Positions 24,450-33,521 of a DNA stretch of 64,000 nucleotides are shown here, in pieces. How positions within the stretch are numbered: position 1 is the first letter of the stretch; each line of letters starts with the position of its first letter. The translations under genes and the position numbers were made by a program. Location of the stretch: the NCBI GenBank assembly GCA_963784525.1, contig CAWART010000014.1, positions 23,884 through 87,883 on the forward strand. Direction: 5' to 3'. The notes beneath the pieces were generated by a model. The model ran no database searches. It was not told where the DNA came from and saw only the letters and a list, made by a program, of their open reading frames with translations. Origin of the DNA: Candidatus Aminicenantes bacterium (GTDB lineage Bacteria; Acidobacteriota; Aminicenantia; Aminicenantales; Saccharicenantaceae).

Positions 24450-26108
24450 TCAGATCCTCCGCACGGCCCTGGTGAAGAACGATCGGAGCTTCCGGACGGC
24501 CGACCCGGTCTGTCCCGCCAGCGCCGAGAGCTCGCCGTCGAGCCGGTGCAAGCCCCGGTCCGCGTTCCCGGCCATGGCCTGGCCTAACTTATCTGTATAG
24601 GCCCTCGCCGATTCGCGATAGGCCATGAAACGGTCCCTGGAATCGCCTGGCGGGGCCCAGCCGAAGTCCCCTCCGGTTTCCTCTTCGTCGATCTCGACCT
24701 CGATGGACAGGGATCTCTTTTCCCGAAGCACCTCGAGCTTGATCCGCTCGCCTTTCTTCTTGCCCTGGACGGCCTGGCTCAGCCCGTCGACCGTCTCCAC
24801 GCGCCGGCCCTCGGCCTTGACGATGACGTCGCCGACCCTGAGGCCGGCCTTATCCGCCGGGCCCTTCGCGGTCAGCCGGTTGACGAGAAGCCCGGTCCCG
24901 TCCTTGACCCCGAAGAAGGCGGACATCTCCCTGTTCAGCTCGTCCAGATAAACGCCGATGAACTTCCGCTGTTCCCAGGAAAGATCCCTGCCCTTGGGCG
25001 CCAGGAGGGCCCGGGGCGGCTTCGCGCCTCTGCGCGGGGCAGCAAAAGGCTCGGGCGCGCCGGGGGGGAAGAGCCCCGGGAACTTGAGCTCCATCTCGCG
25101 ACGGGCCTCGTTCTCCGGGTACTCGCCCAATTTGACCTTGATCTCCATCGGCTTGCCGTCCCGCTCGATCTTCACGACGACGTCCTCTCCGGGCCTCCGC
25201 TTGCGGATCTCCGAAGCCAGCCTCGCCGTGCTCTGGATCTCCCGGCCGTCGAGCGCGATGACGACGTCCCCTTCCTTGAGCTTGGCCAGCTCGGCCGGGC
25301 TGTCGTCGTCGATGCCGACGATCTCTATCCTCTCATCCTCGTTCTGTCCGATGGACAGGCCGATCCAGCCCCTCTGGACCTTCCCCGTGTCCCGGATCTC
25401 CGAGGAGACCTTCCTGACGATATCCATGGGAATGGCCGCGGCCATGCCCGAGGACGGGGCCTCGGCCTGGCTGAATACGAAACCGGAACCCACCTGTTCC
25501 TTGTCGCGGAACTCGAAAACGACGGGCCTGTCCTCGGTATAGATCCCGCGGAGCAGACCGACCATCCGGCCGTTCTCGTCCACGACCGGCCCCCCGCTCG
25601 ATCCGGGGGTGACCCAGATGTTCAGCCTCAGCCTCTCCTCGGAGACCGAGCTGACGATGCCCTGGGTGACCGCCGGCGTCATCTCCGGGGAGACGCTGAC
25701 GACCGAGATCCAGGCCCCGGGAACGACGTCCCCGGCCTCCCCCATGGCCAGCGGCGTAAGCCCCTTGTCCTTGGCCCGGACGAGGGCCAGATGCGTTTCG
25801 GGATCGAACCCCAGAAACTCCGCCTCGATCTTCCGCCCCTCTCCCGTGATGACGGTGATCTTCTCGTCGCGCGGGGAAATGAGGGCCGTGGTCAGGATGA
25901 GGCCGTCCCGGTCGATGACGACGCCGGTGGCGATCCTGCGGGTCCCGTTTCGGGCCTCGACCCGGACGACGGACGGATAGACTTTCTTGGCGAGGGCGGC
26001 GATGTCCCTCTCCGCGGCGGGGCCGCCGGCGGCCTCCGCCCCCAGGTTCATCACCAGGGCGACGGCGGCGGCCGCGATAAGCCCGACGGGTTTCATTCTC
26101 AAGCTCAT
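24450..26108 (-). CDS. HtrA/DegP-family serine protease with two PDZ domains
   Basis: TPGSSGGPVVDENGRMVGL (catalytic Ser). Two PDZ-like GDVV(I/V)...DG segments. Signal peptide. Start is the ATG 9 nt after GGAGG. Confidence 0.9.
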   Translation of the reverse strand: MSLRMKPVGLIAAAAVALVMNLGAEAAGGPAAERDIAALAKKVYPSVVRVEARNGTRRIATGVVIDRDGLILTTALISPRDEKITVITGEGRKIEAEFLGFDPETHLALVRAKDKGLTPLAMGEAGDVVPGAWISVVSVSPEMTPAVTQGIVSSVSEERLRLNIWVTPGSSGGPVVDENGRMVGLLRGIYTEDRPVVFEFRDKEQVGSGFVFSQAEAPSSGMAAAIPMDIVRKVSSEIRDTGKVQRGWIGLSIGQNEDERIEIVGIDDDSPAELAKLKEGDVVIALDGREIQSTARLASEIRKRRPGEDVVVKIERDGKPMEIKVKLGEYPENEARREMELKFPGLFPPGAPEPFAAPRRGAKPPRALLAPKGRDLSWEQRKFIGVYLDELNREMSAFFGVKDGTGLLVNRLTAKGPADKAGLRVGDVIVKAEGRRVETVDGLSQAVQGKKKGERIKLEVLREKRSLSIEVEIDEEETGGDFGWAPPGDSRDRFMAYRESARAYTDKLGQAMAGNADRGLHRLDGELSALAGQTGSAVRKLRSFFTRAVRRI

Positions 26109-26122
26109 GGCCTTAAACCTCC

Positions 26123-26497
26123 TCAATAGGTGATCTCCCGAGGCGAGGCCTCGGAGACCTGCTCCAGTATGTATATCGTTCGCGGCTCGGAGGACGCGTT
26201 GCTGTATTCGGACGAATAATCCAGGGTATCCATGACCTGAATGGCCTCGGACGGCCTCCCCGCGGAGCGAACAGCCGCGGCCGGGACCTTCTCCCCTTTC
26301 CGGTCGAGGACGAAGACCCCCCCGAGAACGACGGCGGCCAGGAGCACCGCGGACGCGCCGGCATAGGCGAATTGCCAGGTCCGCCGGGAGCTCCGCCGCA
26401 GGTCCTTCCGGCGGGCAAGCTCGACCATGACCCGGCGCTCGAAGCCGGGCGGCGCCGCGACCCTGTTCACCGATCCGAGGAAATTACGCTCTTCCAT
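26123..26497 (-). CDS. Single-pass membrane protein, anti-sigma-factor-like by position
   Basis: 124 aa, one TM helix (FAYAGASAVLLAAVVLGGVFVL). Overlaps the stop of the ECF sigma gene by 14 nt. Confidence 0.55.
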   Translation of the reverse strand: MEERNFLGSVNRVAAPPGFERRVMVELARRKDLRRSSRRTWQFAYAGASAVLLAAVVLGGVFVLDRKGEKVPAAAVRSAGRPSEAIQVMDTLDYSSEYSNASSEPRTIYILEQVSEASPREITY

Positions 26498-27068
26498 GTT
26501 GTCTCACCTCTTTCTCCGCGGGGACGGGGTCCCCGCCGCGGGCACTCTCGAGCATCCGCCTCAGATGTTCCCGCCCCCGGCTGATCCGGGCCTTGACGGT
26601 CCCCACCGGCCGCTTGATGATCCGGGCGATCTCCTCCTGGGAGAAGCCCTCCATGTCCTTGAGGACGACGGGGATGCGGTACCTCGGGTGCAGGGCTTCG
26701 AGGGCGTCCCTGAGGTTCCGGACGAGTCCCGGGTCCGGAGGGTCCTCGGAATAGGTCCCGGCGTCGTAGCTGTTCGGGAGCTCGTCGAGCGGGACCGTGG
26801 CCGTCCTCCGGCGCTTCCGGGCATCCGTCTTGGCCAGATTGGAGGCAATGGCGTAGATCCAGGAGGACAGGGGGGCGATGGGCTTGTACTTGTCGGCCTT
26901 GAAATAGACCCGGAGGAACGTCTCCTGGGAGAGATCGACCGCCCTCTGGTAGTCGCGCGTGAACTGGTACAGATAGTTCACGATCCTGTCCTTGTAGATC
27001 TCCATGATCCTGGCGAAAGCCTCCTCGTCTCCTTCCCGCACCCGCAGGATCAGCTCTTGTTCATCCAT
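26484..27068 (-). CDS. ECF-type RNA polymerase sigma factor
   Basis: MDEQELILRVREGDEEAFARIMEIYKDRIVNYLYQFTRDYQRAVDLSQETFLRVY (region 2) and EEIARIIKRPVGTVKARISRGREHL (region 4). Confidence 0.9.
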   Translation of the reverse strand: MDEQELILRVREGDEEAFARIMEIYKDRIVNYLYQFTRDYQRAVDLSQETFLRVYFKADKYKPIAPLSSWIYAIASNLAKTDARKRRRTATVPLDELPNSYDAGTYSEDPPDPGLVRNLRDALEALHPRYRIPVVLKDMEGFSQEEIARIIKRPVGTVKARISRGREHLRRMLESARGGDPVPAEKEVRQHGRA

Positions 27069-27272
27069 TCTCGTTCCCTTAAACTCCCGCCCCAGGGGAA
27101 TCGTTGCAGGCGCCCGGGGCGCCCGCACCAATGAATTCTAGGCCGTTTGGCCCCCCCTGGCAAACCCCGCCGAGGGGTCAGGCCTCAACTTTTCAGCTTT
27201 TCCGCCCGTCCCAGGGGAAAGTTGAATAGTTGAGACCGGCCCCCTCCCTGGGATAGAATAAGGGCACCTCAA

Positions 27273-27298
27273 GGAACTTTTTCCCCGGCGAATCCGTC
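27273..27298 (+). promoter_or_regulatory. ECF-type promoter candidate (GGAAC-N17-CGTC)
   Basis: GGAAC at 27273-27277 and CGTC at 27295-27298, 17 nt before the GTG of the plus-strand ECF sigma gene. Fits the AAC/CGT ECF autoregulation pattern. Confidence 0.45.
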
Positions 27299-27314
27299 AA
27301 CCAAGGTGAATTGA

Positions 27315-27869
27315 GTGAACTTGAACGCGGTCATAAGGGAATGCTTGAACGGCGACAGGAGCGCCTGGGAAATGTTGGTTAACGCCTATTCGAAGAAGGT
27401 CTTCAGCCTGGCCTACCAGTTCTCCGGGAGCCGCCAGGAAGCCGAGGACCTGACCCAGGATATCTTCCTCAAGCTGTACGGGTCCCTGAAGAAATACGAT
27501 TTCGAGCGGAATTTCACCGCCTGGCTCCTGACGCTGGCCAAGAATCACCTCATCGACGAGTACCGGCGGACCCGCCTGGAAAAGACCCAGAGGGACGAGT
27601 TCGACGAGCGGACGATGACCCAGGCGGCGTTCGACGGCCCCGAGAAGAGCCTCGCCCGCGAGGAGGACCGGAAGACCGTCTGGAAAGCCCTCGACGGCCT
27701 GTCGCCCGAGATCCGGGCGACCGTCATCCTCCGGGATATCCAGGGCCTGACCTACGAGGAGATCGCGGACAACCTGGGCCTTCCCCTGGGGACGATAAAA
27801 TCCAGGGTGAACCGCGGCCGGCTCCAACTGGCCGCGATCCTGAGGCCGGGCGCAGGAGGTGGAGCATGA
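27315..27869 (+). CDS. ECF-type RNA polymerase sigma factor (second copy)
   Basis: AWEMLVNAYSKKVFSLAYQFSGSRQEAEDLTQDIFLKLY and YEEIADNLGLPLGTIKSRVNRGR. Confidence 0.9.
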   Translation: MNLNAVIRECLNGDRSAWEMLVNAYSKKVFSLAYQFSGSRQEAEDLTQDIFLKLYGSLKKYDFERNFTAWLLTLAKNHLIDEYRRTRLEKTQRDEFDERTMTQAAFDGPEKSLAREEDRKTVWKALDGLSPEIRATVILRDIQGLTYEEIADNLGLPLGTIKSRVNRGRLQLAAILRPGAGGGA

Positions 27870-28369
27870 ACGCGACGCACGTGGAAGAGCTGCTCTCGGA
27901 CTATATCGAGGGCGAGCTCGACGGCCCGCGGAAGACGGGGGTCGAGGACCACCTCGCCGGCTGTCCGGACTGCGCCTCCCTGCTCGAGGCCATGAGGGAC
28001 GCCCGGGAAGCCCTGGCGTCCCTGCCCGAGTTCGAGCCGTCGCCCGACCTCCTCCGAAGGCTCTATACCATCCCGGAGCGCAAGAAGAGATTCCGCCTGG
28101 TGCGGGATTTCCTGCTCCGCCCCTCGCTCCAGCCGGTCTTCGCCGGGGCGACGGGCCTGATGGTATTCCTTTCGTTCCTGGCCTTCAGCCCGGCCGGCCA
28201 CGCCCTCCAGAAGGGGGCCAGCAGGCAATTCCACGCCGGCTTCGGACGGATCGAGCGGCTTTACGTCAAGGCGGGCGCCATCCCGGACCGGATCGGCGCC
28301 GGCAAGGAAAACCTTCTCGGCTCCCTCAGGAGCGTCGACATCCTGGGGATGAGCGGGGAAACGGAATAA
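27866..28369 (+). CDS. Zinc-finger (zf-HC2) anti-sigma factor
   Basis: ATGA overlap with the sigma gene. LLSDYIEGELDGPRKTGVEDHLAGCPDCASLLEAM is the H-x3-C-x2-C motif. One TM helix. Confidence 0.85.
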   Translation: MNATHVEELLSDYIEGELDGPRKTGVEDHLAGCPDCASLLEAMRDAREALASLPEFEPSPDLLRRLYTIPERKKRFRLVRDFLLRPSLQPVFAGATGLMVFLSFLAFSPAGHALQKGASRQFHAGFGRIERLYVKAGAIPDRIGAGKENLLGSLRSVDILGMSGETE

Positions 28370-28397
28370 AGAATACGGAACCACATGGAGGAATGAC

Positions 28398-28895
28398 ATG
28401 GAAGAAAAGATCATCATCCAGAAGAGACCCCCGAAGTCTCCGGCTCTGGCCGGCATCCTGGCCGGCTTCTTCCCGTTCGGGATCGGGGCCATGTACAACG
28501 GCCTGTACGTCAAGGGGCTCGTTTACCTCTTCATCTTCGCCGGTCTGGTGACCGTCCAGGGCCACGGCCACGGACAGCCGTTCTTCGGCCTGATCCTGGC
28601 CGGATTCTACTTCTACCAGATCATCGAGTCCGTTCAGACGGCCTCGGCCATCAACCGCCGCGCTCTGACCGGCAAGGAGGATGAGACGGCCGCGATCGAG
28701 GACCAGATCCTCGAGCCCGCCAAGGCCGGGTCCATTTTCTGGGGGACCGTCCTCGTCGCCCTCGGCGCTCTCCTTCTCCTGGCCAATTTCGACGTCATCG
28801 ATTACGATACGCTGTTCGACTTCTGGCCGCTCGCCGTCATCGGGCTCGGCGTCAAGCTCGTTTTCGACCACTTCGCCCGGGCGAAGAAGGCCTGA
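28398..28895 (+). CDS. Membrane protein with LiaF-TM/DUF5668-like C-terminal half
   Basis: Four hydrophobic helices. C-terminal GTVLVALGALLLLANFDVIDYDTLFDFWPLAVIGLGVKL resembles the next gene. Confidence 0.6.
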   Translation: MEEKIIIQKRPPKSPALAGILAGFFPFGIGAMYNGLYVKGLVYLFIFAGLVTVQGHGHGQPFFGLILAGFYFYQIIESVQTASAINRRALTGKEDETAAIEDQILEPAKAGSIFWGTVLVALGALLLLANFDVIDYDTLFDFWPLAVIGLGVKLVFDHFARAKKA

Positions 28896-28909
28896 TCCAG
28901 GAGGATACC

Positions 28910-29125
28910 ATGACACGACAAGCGCGCAGAGATACTCTCGTCTGGGGCTTCATCCTCATCGTCATCGGCGTCGTCTTCCTGCTCGACACGCTGGACGTCG
29001 AGGTTTGGGACTCGGTGGCCCGGTTCTGGCCGCTCATCCTCATCTTCTGGGGCGGTTGGAAGCTCTACTTCGGCATCAAGGAAAAGAACGAGGCCGCGAA
29101 GCCCCGAAAATCCGACGAGGCTTGA
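28910..29125 (+). CDS. DUF5668/LiaF-N-terminal-like small membrane protein
   Basis: 71 aa. VWGFILIVIGVVFLLDTLDVEVWDSVARFWPLILIFWGGWKL. Confidence 0.6.
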   Translation: MTRQARRDTLVWGFILIVIGVVFLLDTLDVEVWDSVARFWPLILIFWGGWKLYFGIKEKNEAAKPRKSDEA

Positions 29126-29129
29126 GGTC

Positions 29130-30461
29130 ATGAAAGCCAAAGAGGTCCTGCTCCTCGTCCTCATCGTGGTCGTCGGGGTCGGCCTCTATCAGGCCCGGAC
29201 AGGGGGGCTCCGGTTAGGCTGGGATGGGGAGGGGCCTTTCGGCGTGGGCCGGACGTTCGGCTTCGAGGAATCCCTGACCCTCGAGGCCCCCATCCCCGCC
29301 CGGATCGAGGTCCGCAACGCCCACGGGACCGTCGAGGTTCGGGGCACGGACCAGGAGACCGTCACGATGACGTTCCTGAAAGAGATCCGGAGGAAGACCG
29401 AGGCTGAAGCCCGGGACGTCGCGGTCGCCCTGAAGCCGATCATCAGGCGGGACGCCGGCCGGCTGGAGATCGGGACGAACCGTGAGGCGTTCCAAAAGAA
29501 GTCCTTTGAAACGAGCTTCCGGCTCGTCGTGCCCGCGGGGACGGACGTCGTCGTCGTCAACGCCTACGGGACGGTCACGGCGTCGGGCGTCCGGAAGGCC
29601 ACGATCGACGATCGCCATGGAAAGGTGGACGCGTCGGACATCGCGGAGGACCTCTCGGTCACGAACAGCTACGAGGACGTCGCGGTCGCCCGCGTCGGGG
29701 CCTCCTGCCGGATCTCGTCCCGGCACGCCGACGTCCGCGTCCGACAGGCCGGAGGCGATGTCCGGATCGATCACGGGTACGGAAGCGTCGAGGTAAGCGA
29801 CGTCGCGGCCGGCGCGACGGTCGCCGGCGAGCATTCGGAGGTCTCCCTTCTGAGGGTGAAGGGCGCCGTGGACGTCGGGACGACCTACGAGGATGTCTCG
29901 CTCGTGGATGTCGGGCCGGCGACGGTCGTCGGCCACCATTCGGCCGTGGAGGCCGACGGAGTGAACGGCGCCCTGAAGGTCGCGACGACCTATGGGAAGG
30001 TCCGCGCGAACGGCGTCAGGGGCGATCTGAACGTCGAGGGGAAGAGCGTCGGCGTCGTCGGTCGCTCCATCGCGGCCGATACGATCCGCATCGCGACCTC
30101 CTACGCGGACCTCGACCTCGCCGACTTCACCGGCCGGGCGGACATCGGCCTGTCCCACGCGGACGCCGTCCTGGCGCCCGCCGCGATCGCTTCGGCCATC
30201 GACGTGAAGAACGTCTACGGCACGGTCAGGTTCGTCTGGCCGAAGGGGACCCGGGTTCCCTTTGAAGGCCGTTCCAAGGGCGGGAACGTCAAGTGGGGCC
30301 TTGCTGAACGCCCTGACCTCGAGACGACGAACGGCGAGGCGTTGGTCAAGGCGTTCGCCGGGGCCGCCGGCGCGGCCTCGGTCACGCTGTCGACAAGCTA
30401 CGGCGACATCGTGGTCGAGGAGTCCGGGCGCCCCGTGACCGGGAAGGCCCCGGCCCGCTAA
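29130..30461 (+). CDS. DUF4097-family beta-repeat protein (putative adhesin fold)
   Basis: N-terminal TM helix, then many repeats of the type (N/T)xYG(T/S/D)V..., typical of DUF4097 proteins in ECF/LiaF-like operons. Confidence 0.7.
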   Translation: MKAKEVLLLVLIVVVGVGLYQARTGGLRLGWDGEGPFGVGRTFGFEESLTLEAPIPARIEVRNAHGTVEVRGTDQETVTMTFLKEIRRKTEAEARDVAVALKPIIRRDAGRLEIGTNREAFQKKSFETSFRLVVPAGTDVVVVNAYGTVTASGVRKATIDDRHGKVDASDIAEDLSVTNSYEDVAVARVGASCRISSRHADVRVRQAGGDVRIDHGYGSVEVSDVAAGATVAGEHSEVSLLRVKGAVDVGTTYEDVSLVDVGPATVVGHHSAVEADGVNGALKVATTYGKVRANGVRGDLNVEGKSVGVVGRSIAADTIRIATSYADLDLADFTGRADIGLSHADAVLAPAAIASAIDVKNVYGTVRFVWPKGTRVPFEGRSKGGNVKWGLAERPDLETTNGEALVKAFAGAAGAASVTLSTSYGDIVVEESGRPVTGKAPAR

Positions 30462-30572
30462 GCCCCCAAGGGCGCGACAGGGTCCGGAAGGCCCGTTTCC
30501 CCGATTCCCGCTGGCGAAAGGGCACGCTCCCGCGTTATATTAGGGACGGCCGAGATCTGGAGGTGCCCCGCT

Positions 30573-31472
30573 ATGAAACCAAAAATCGTTAGCGTCGTTT
30601 CTCTGGTCGTCTGTCTTGCCTTCGGGCTCCGGGGGCGGTCGATCCCCCAACTCCCCATCACGGTCGTCCATGTGGCCGGACCTGTCTACATGCTCGAGTC
30701 CGGCGGCAACGGCAACGTGGGCGTCATCGCCGATCCCGCCGGCATTTTCATGATCGACGCCATGGAGGCGGAGATGGCCGGGAGCCTGCGCTCGGCCCTC
30801 AAGGCCCTGCCCGGCGGCGAGAGGGTGCGGGTGCTCGTCAATACCCATTGGCATTGGGATCACGTGAACGGCAACAAGGTCTTCGGCCCTGCCGCCGTCA
30901 TCGTCGCCCACGAGAACACGCGGGCGCTGAACGCCGCCGACCAGCCCAGGTTCGGCGGGACCATCAAGGCCCTCCCCCCGGACGCCCTTCCCGTGCTCAC
31001 GTACTCGGACAGGATGGCCGCGCACGCCGGCGGGCTCGAACTGCGGCTCGTCCATTATCCCCACGCTCACACCGGCGGCGACACCGTCGTCTTCATCGAC
31101 GCGCTGAAGATCGTCCACACCGGCGACATGTTCTTCAACGGCATGTTCCCCTACCTGGACGTTCCGGGCGGGGGCGACGTCGTCAATTGGGCCCGCCAGC
31201 TGGATGCGATCCTCGACGGCCTGCCCGAAGACGTCAGGATCATCCCCGGCCACGGCCCCCTGGCCGGAAAAGGCGAGCTCAAGGCTTTCCGGGACATGCT
31301 CCACGATTCCGCGGAGCTGGTCCGCGGGCGGATGCGCCAGGGGATGAGCCTGAAGGAGATCCAGGCCGCCGGGATGCCGGACCGGTTCACCCCCTGGACC
31401 AAGGGTTTCATGCCCGTCGCCGGATGGCTCGAGCTCGTCTACCGGAGCCTGGAGAAGAACGAGGCGCCCTGA
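30573..31472 (+). CDS. Secreted MBL-fold metallo-hydrolase
   Basis: Signal peptide. VNTHWHWDHVNGN (HxHxDH), HAHTGGD, GHGP. Confidence 0.9.
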   Translation: MKPKIVSVVSLVVCLAFGLRGRSIPQLPITVVHVAGPVYMLESGGNGNVGVIADPAGIFMIDAMEAEMAGSLRSALKALPGGERVRVLVNTHWHWDHVNGNKVFGPAAVIVAHENTRALNAADQPRFGGTIKALPPDALPVLTYSDRMAAHAGGLELRLVHYPHAHTGGDTVVFIDALKIVHTGDMFFNGMFPYLDVPGGGDVVNWARQLDAILDGLPEDVRIIPGHGPLAGKGELKAFRDMLHDSAELVRGRMRQGMSLKEIQAAGMPDRFTPWTKGFMPVAGWLELVYRSLEKNEAP

Positions 31473-31476
31473 TCCC

Positions 31477-32373
31477 TCAGTGCTTGCCGCGGCAGTTATA
31501 GATGCGCTGGGTCAGCGCGCCGTTGATCTTGATGTTGAAATAGTTGATGAGGTTGGTCAGGTCCTTCTTGTATTTCGTCACGTAGCGGACGAAATCGGAC
31601 TCCTTCTTCTGCCGCAGGAGGTTCTCGAACTCGGCGATCTCGTCGTGGAGCTCGATGAGATAATGGTTGATCGTCCGGTACTGTGAGTTGATCTCGATAA
31701 GGTCCTTCCCCGAGAGCTTGGCGAAGTCGAGATAGGGCGGCATGGGCTGGAGAAGCAGGAGGCTCTCCGTGTGGAGCTCGTTGACGGACTCCTGGATCTC
31801 CTGGAAGAAGGACTTGTGCTCCTGGGGGGCCTTCAGCTTGGTCTTGCCCTTCTCGAGGAGCAATTCGCATTGGCTCTTGAGGGAGATGATGTTCTCCTTG
31901 ACCCCCAGGTATTTCCGGTTGAAGTTGTACAGGTCGACGAAATCCCGGCCGATGTAGATCTTGTCCTCGTAATGGGTCAACAGCTCCTTGGGCGAATGCG
32001 TGTAGAACTTGATCTCGTAGCGCCGCCCCTCGGAGTCCCGCTCCCGGAGCCGGGCCAGGACCAGGAAGCCGTTCTGCTCGACGAAGTAGCTACTCGTGTC
32101 GAGGAGCACGGAGTAGATGGCCAGGTTCTGGATGATGTATTCCCTGAGGTGGTCGAGGAGCGCTTCCTTGCGGGTGATGAGCTCGGTCACCGCGTCGTCG
32201 GGCGTGGGCGCCATGACGGAATAGGACGGTGACAGCATGAAGAGGACCGGGCCGGTCCCCAGCTCCAAATGGAGGTTCTTGAGGGTGTTCTGGTAGAGGT
32301 CGTCGAGGAGCATGGGCCGCAGGGGCGGCAGGTCCCCGGTATCCAGCTTGAGGAGTTCGTCGATCTCATTCAT
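31477..32373 (-). CDS. Hypothetical protein, no recognisable family
   Basis: 298-aa clean ORF, K/E/L/N/Y-rich, predicted helical. Spot G+C counts are 50-62% versus about 65% in neighbours. Confidence 0.6.
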   Translation of the reverse strand: MNEIDELLKLDTGDLPPLRPMLLDDLYQNTLKNLHLELGTGPVLFMLSPSYSVMAPTPDDAVTELITRKEALLDHLREYIIQNLAIYSVLLDTSSYFVEQNGFLVLARLRERDSEGRRYEIKFYTHSPKELLTHYEDKIYIGRDFVDLYNFNRKYLGVKENIISLKSQCELLLEKGKTKLKAPQEHKSFFQEIQESVNELHTESLLLLQPMPPYLDFAKLSGKDLIEINSQYRTINHYLIELHDEIAEFENLLRQKKESDFVRYVTKYKKDLTNLINYFNIKINGALTQRIYNCRGKH

Positions 32374-32554
32374 GGGATTCCCTCGTTCGGTGGGGATGGT
32401 AACACGGCGGGATTCAAAAAGTCAAAGCAAGCCCCGCCGCGGCGGCCTTCGGGCAGGTGCGGGCTTTCATGCAGCCGCAAGCTTCAGCTTGCGCGGCGAT
32501 CGAGGCGCGCGCCCCCAAGGGTGCGGAAGAAAGAGCTTCGGTCCACGCCTGGGG

Positions 32555-33346
32555 CTACGATTTGCCGAAGGTCCAGGACTCGTTGCCGTAGCGCTCGGCT
32601 TCGATGCGGGCGATCTCCTCGTTGGCCGGCCCGTCCAGGGACAAGGGTTCCAGGACGATGCCGAAGAATCCGGAAAGTCCGAGAGAGAACTGCCCGGCGG
32701 CCCATTCGAAGGCCACGGGCCGCCCCAGGGCTTCGGCGAGCGAGGTCATGCGGATGCCGTTGTCGGCGGCTTCGGACCGGGCGGCACCCCTGAGGAGATC
32801 CTCGTCCTTCTCCAGGGGCACGGACCCGTGCTGGAGGAAAGCCGCCCCCGTCCTCTTCTGGGCACTGCCGACGATCTTCAGCCCGCCGATCTCGACCTCG
32901 TCCCGGGCGGGAAAGGCGAAGCACGGCATCGTCCCCCGGACATAAGCGGGCGGCGAGGCCGGCGCCAGCCTGGCGTCCAGCCCCATGAGCTCCAGCCCGC
33001 GGACCAGACCGAGCGAGATGCGCCGGTACGACTCCCTGAGCGTGTCCGTGAAGGTGTCCGTGTCGGACGAGGCCAGGGAATACGTCAGCTCCCGGTGATG
33101 GAGGACGAGCTTCCCTCCCGTCATCCGCCGGACGATGTCGATCCCGTTGGCCCGGCAGAAATCGAGGTCCGCGGCGCGGGCGGCGGTCTGGGAATATCCC
33201 AGGGACGCCGTGGGCCTCTCCCATCGGTAGAACCGCAGGAACGTCGCGCCCTCCCTCTGGGCCGCGGCGAAGAGGTACTCGTCCACGGCCATGTTCCATG
33301 AGCCCCGCCGGGGAGCCTCCTCGATGATCAAATGCCAGGTTTTCAT
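32555..33346 (-). CDS. Lipoate-protein ligase A / octanoyltransferase-family protein
   Basis: NMAVDEYLF, LRFYRWERPTASLGYSQ, RRMTGGKLVLHHRELTYS, KIVGSAQKR (catalytic Lys). Confidence 0.85.
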   Translation of the reverse strand: MKTWHLIIEEAPRRGSWNMAVDEYLFAAAQREGATFLRFYRWERPTASLGYSQTAARAADLDFCRANGIDIVRRMTGGKLVLHHRELTYSLASSDTDTFTDTLRESYRRISLGLVRGLELMGLDARLAPASPPAYVRGTMPCFAFPARDEVEIGGLKIVGSAQKRTGAAFLQHGSVPLEKDEDLLRGAARSEAADNGIRMTSLAEALGRPVAFEWAAGQFSLGLSGFFGIVLEPLSLDGPANEEIARIEAERYGNESWTFGKS

Positions 33347-33374
33347 TGAAAGGACTTTCTGCGGGCGGAGGTGA

Positions 33375-33449
33375 TGGAGCGGGCAATGGGACTCGAACCC
33401 ACAACACCCGGCATGGGAAGCCGGTACTCTACCATTGAGCTATGCCCGC
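33375..33449 (-). tRNA. tRNA-Gly (anticodon CCC), CCA encoded
   Basis: Hand-folded. GCGGGCA/TGCCCGC acceptor. CCGGC-TTCCCAT-GCCGG anticodon arm. GTGGG-TTCGAGT-CCCAT T arm. Terminal CCA. Confidence 0.93.
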
Positions 33450-33521
33450 TCACGGGCGCCGTTCAAGCAGAGGAATTCTAGCACAATCCCTATCGATGTC
33501 AACACGGGCCGGCGGGGGTCT

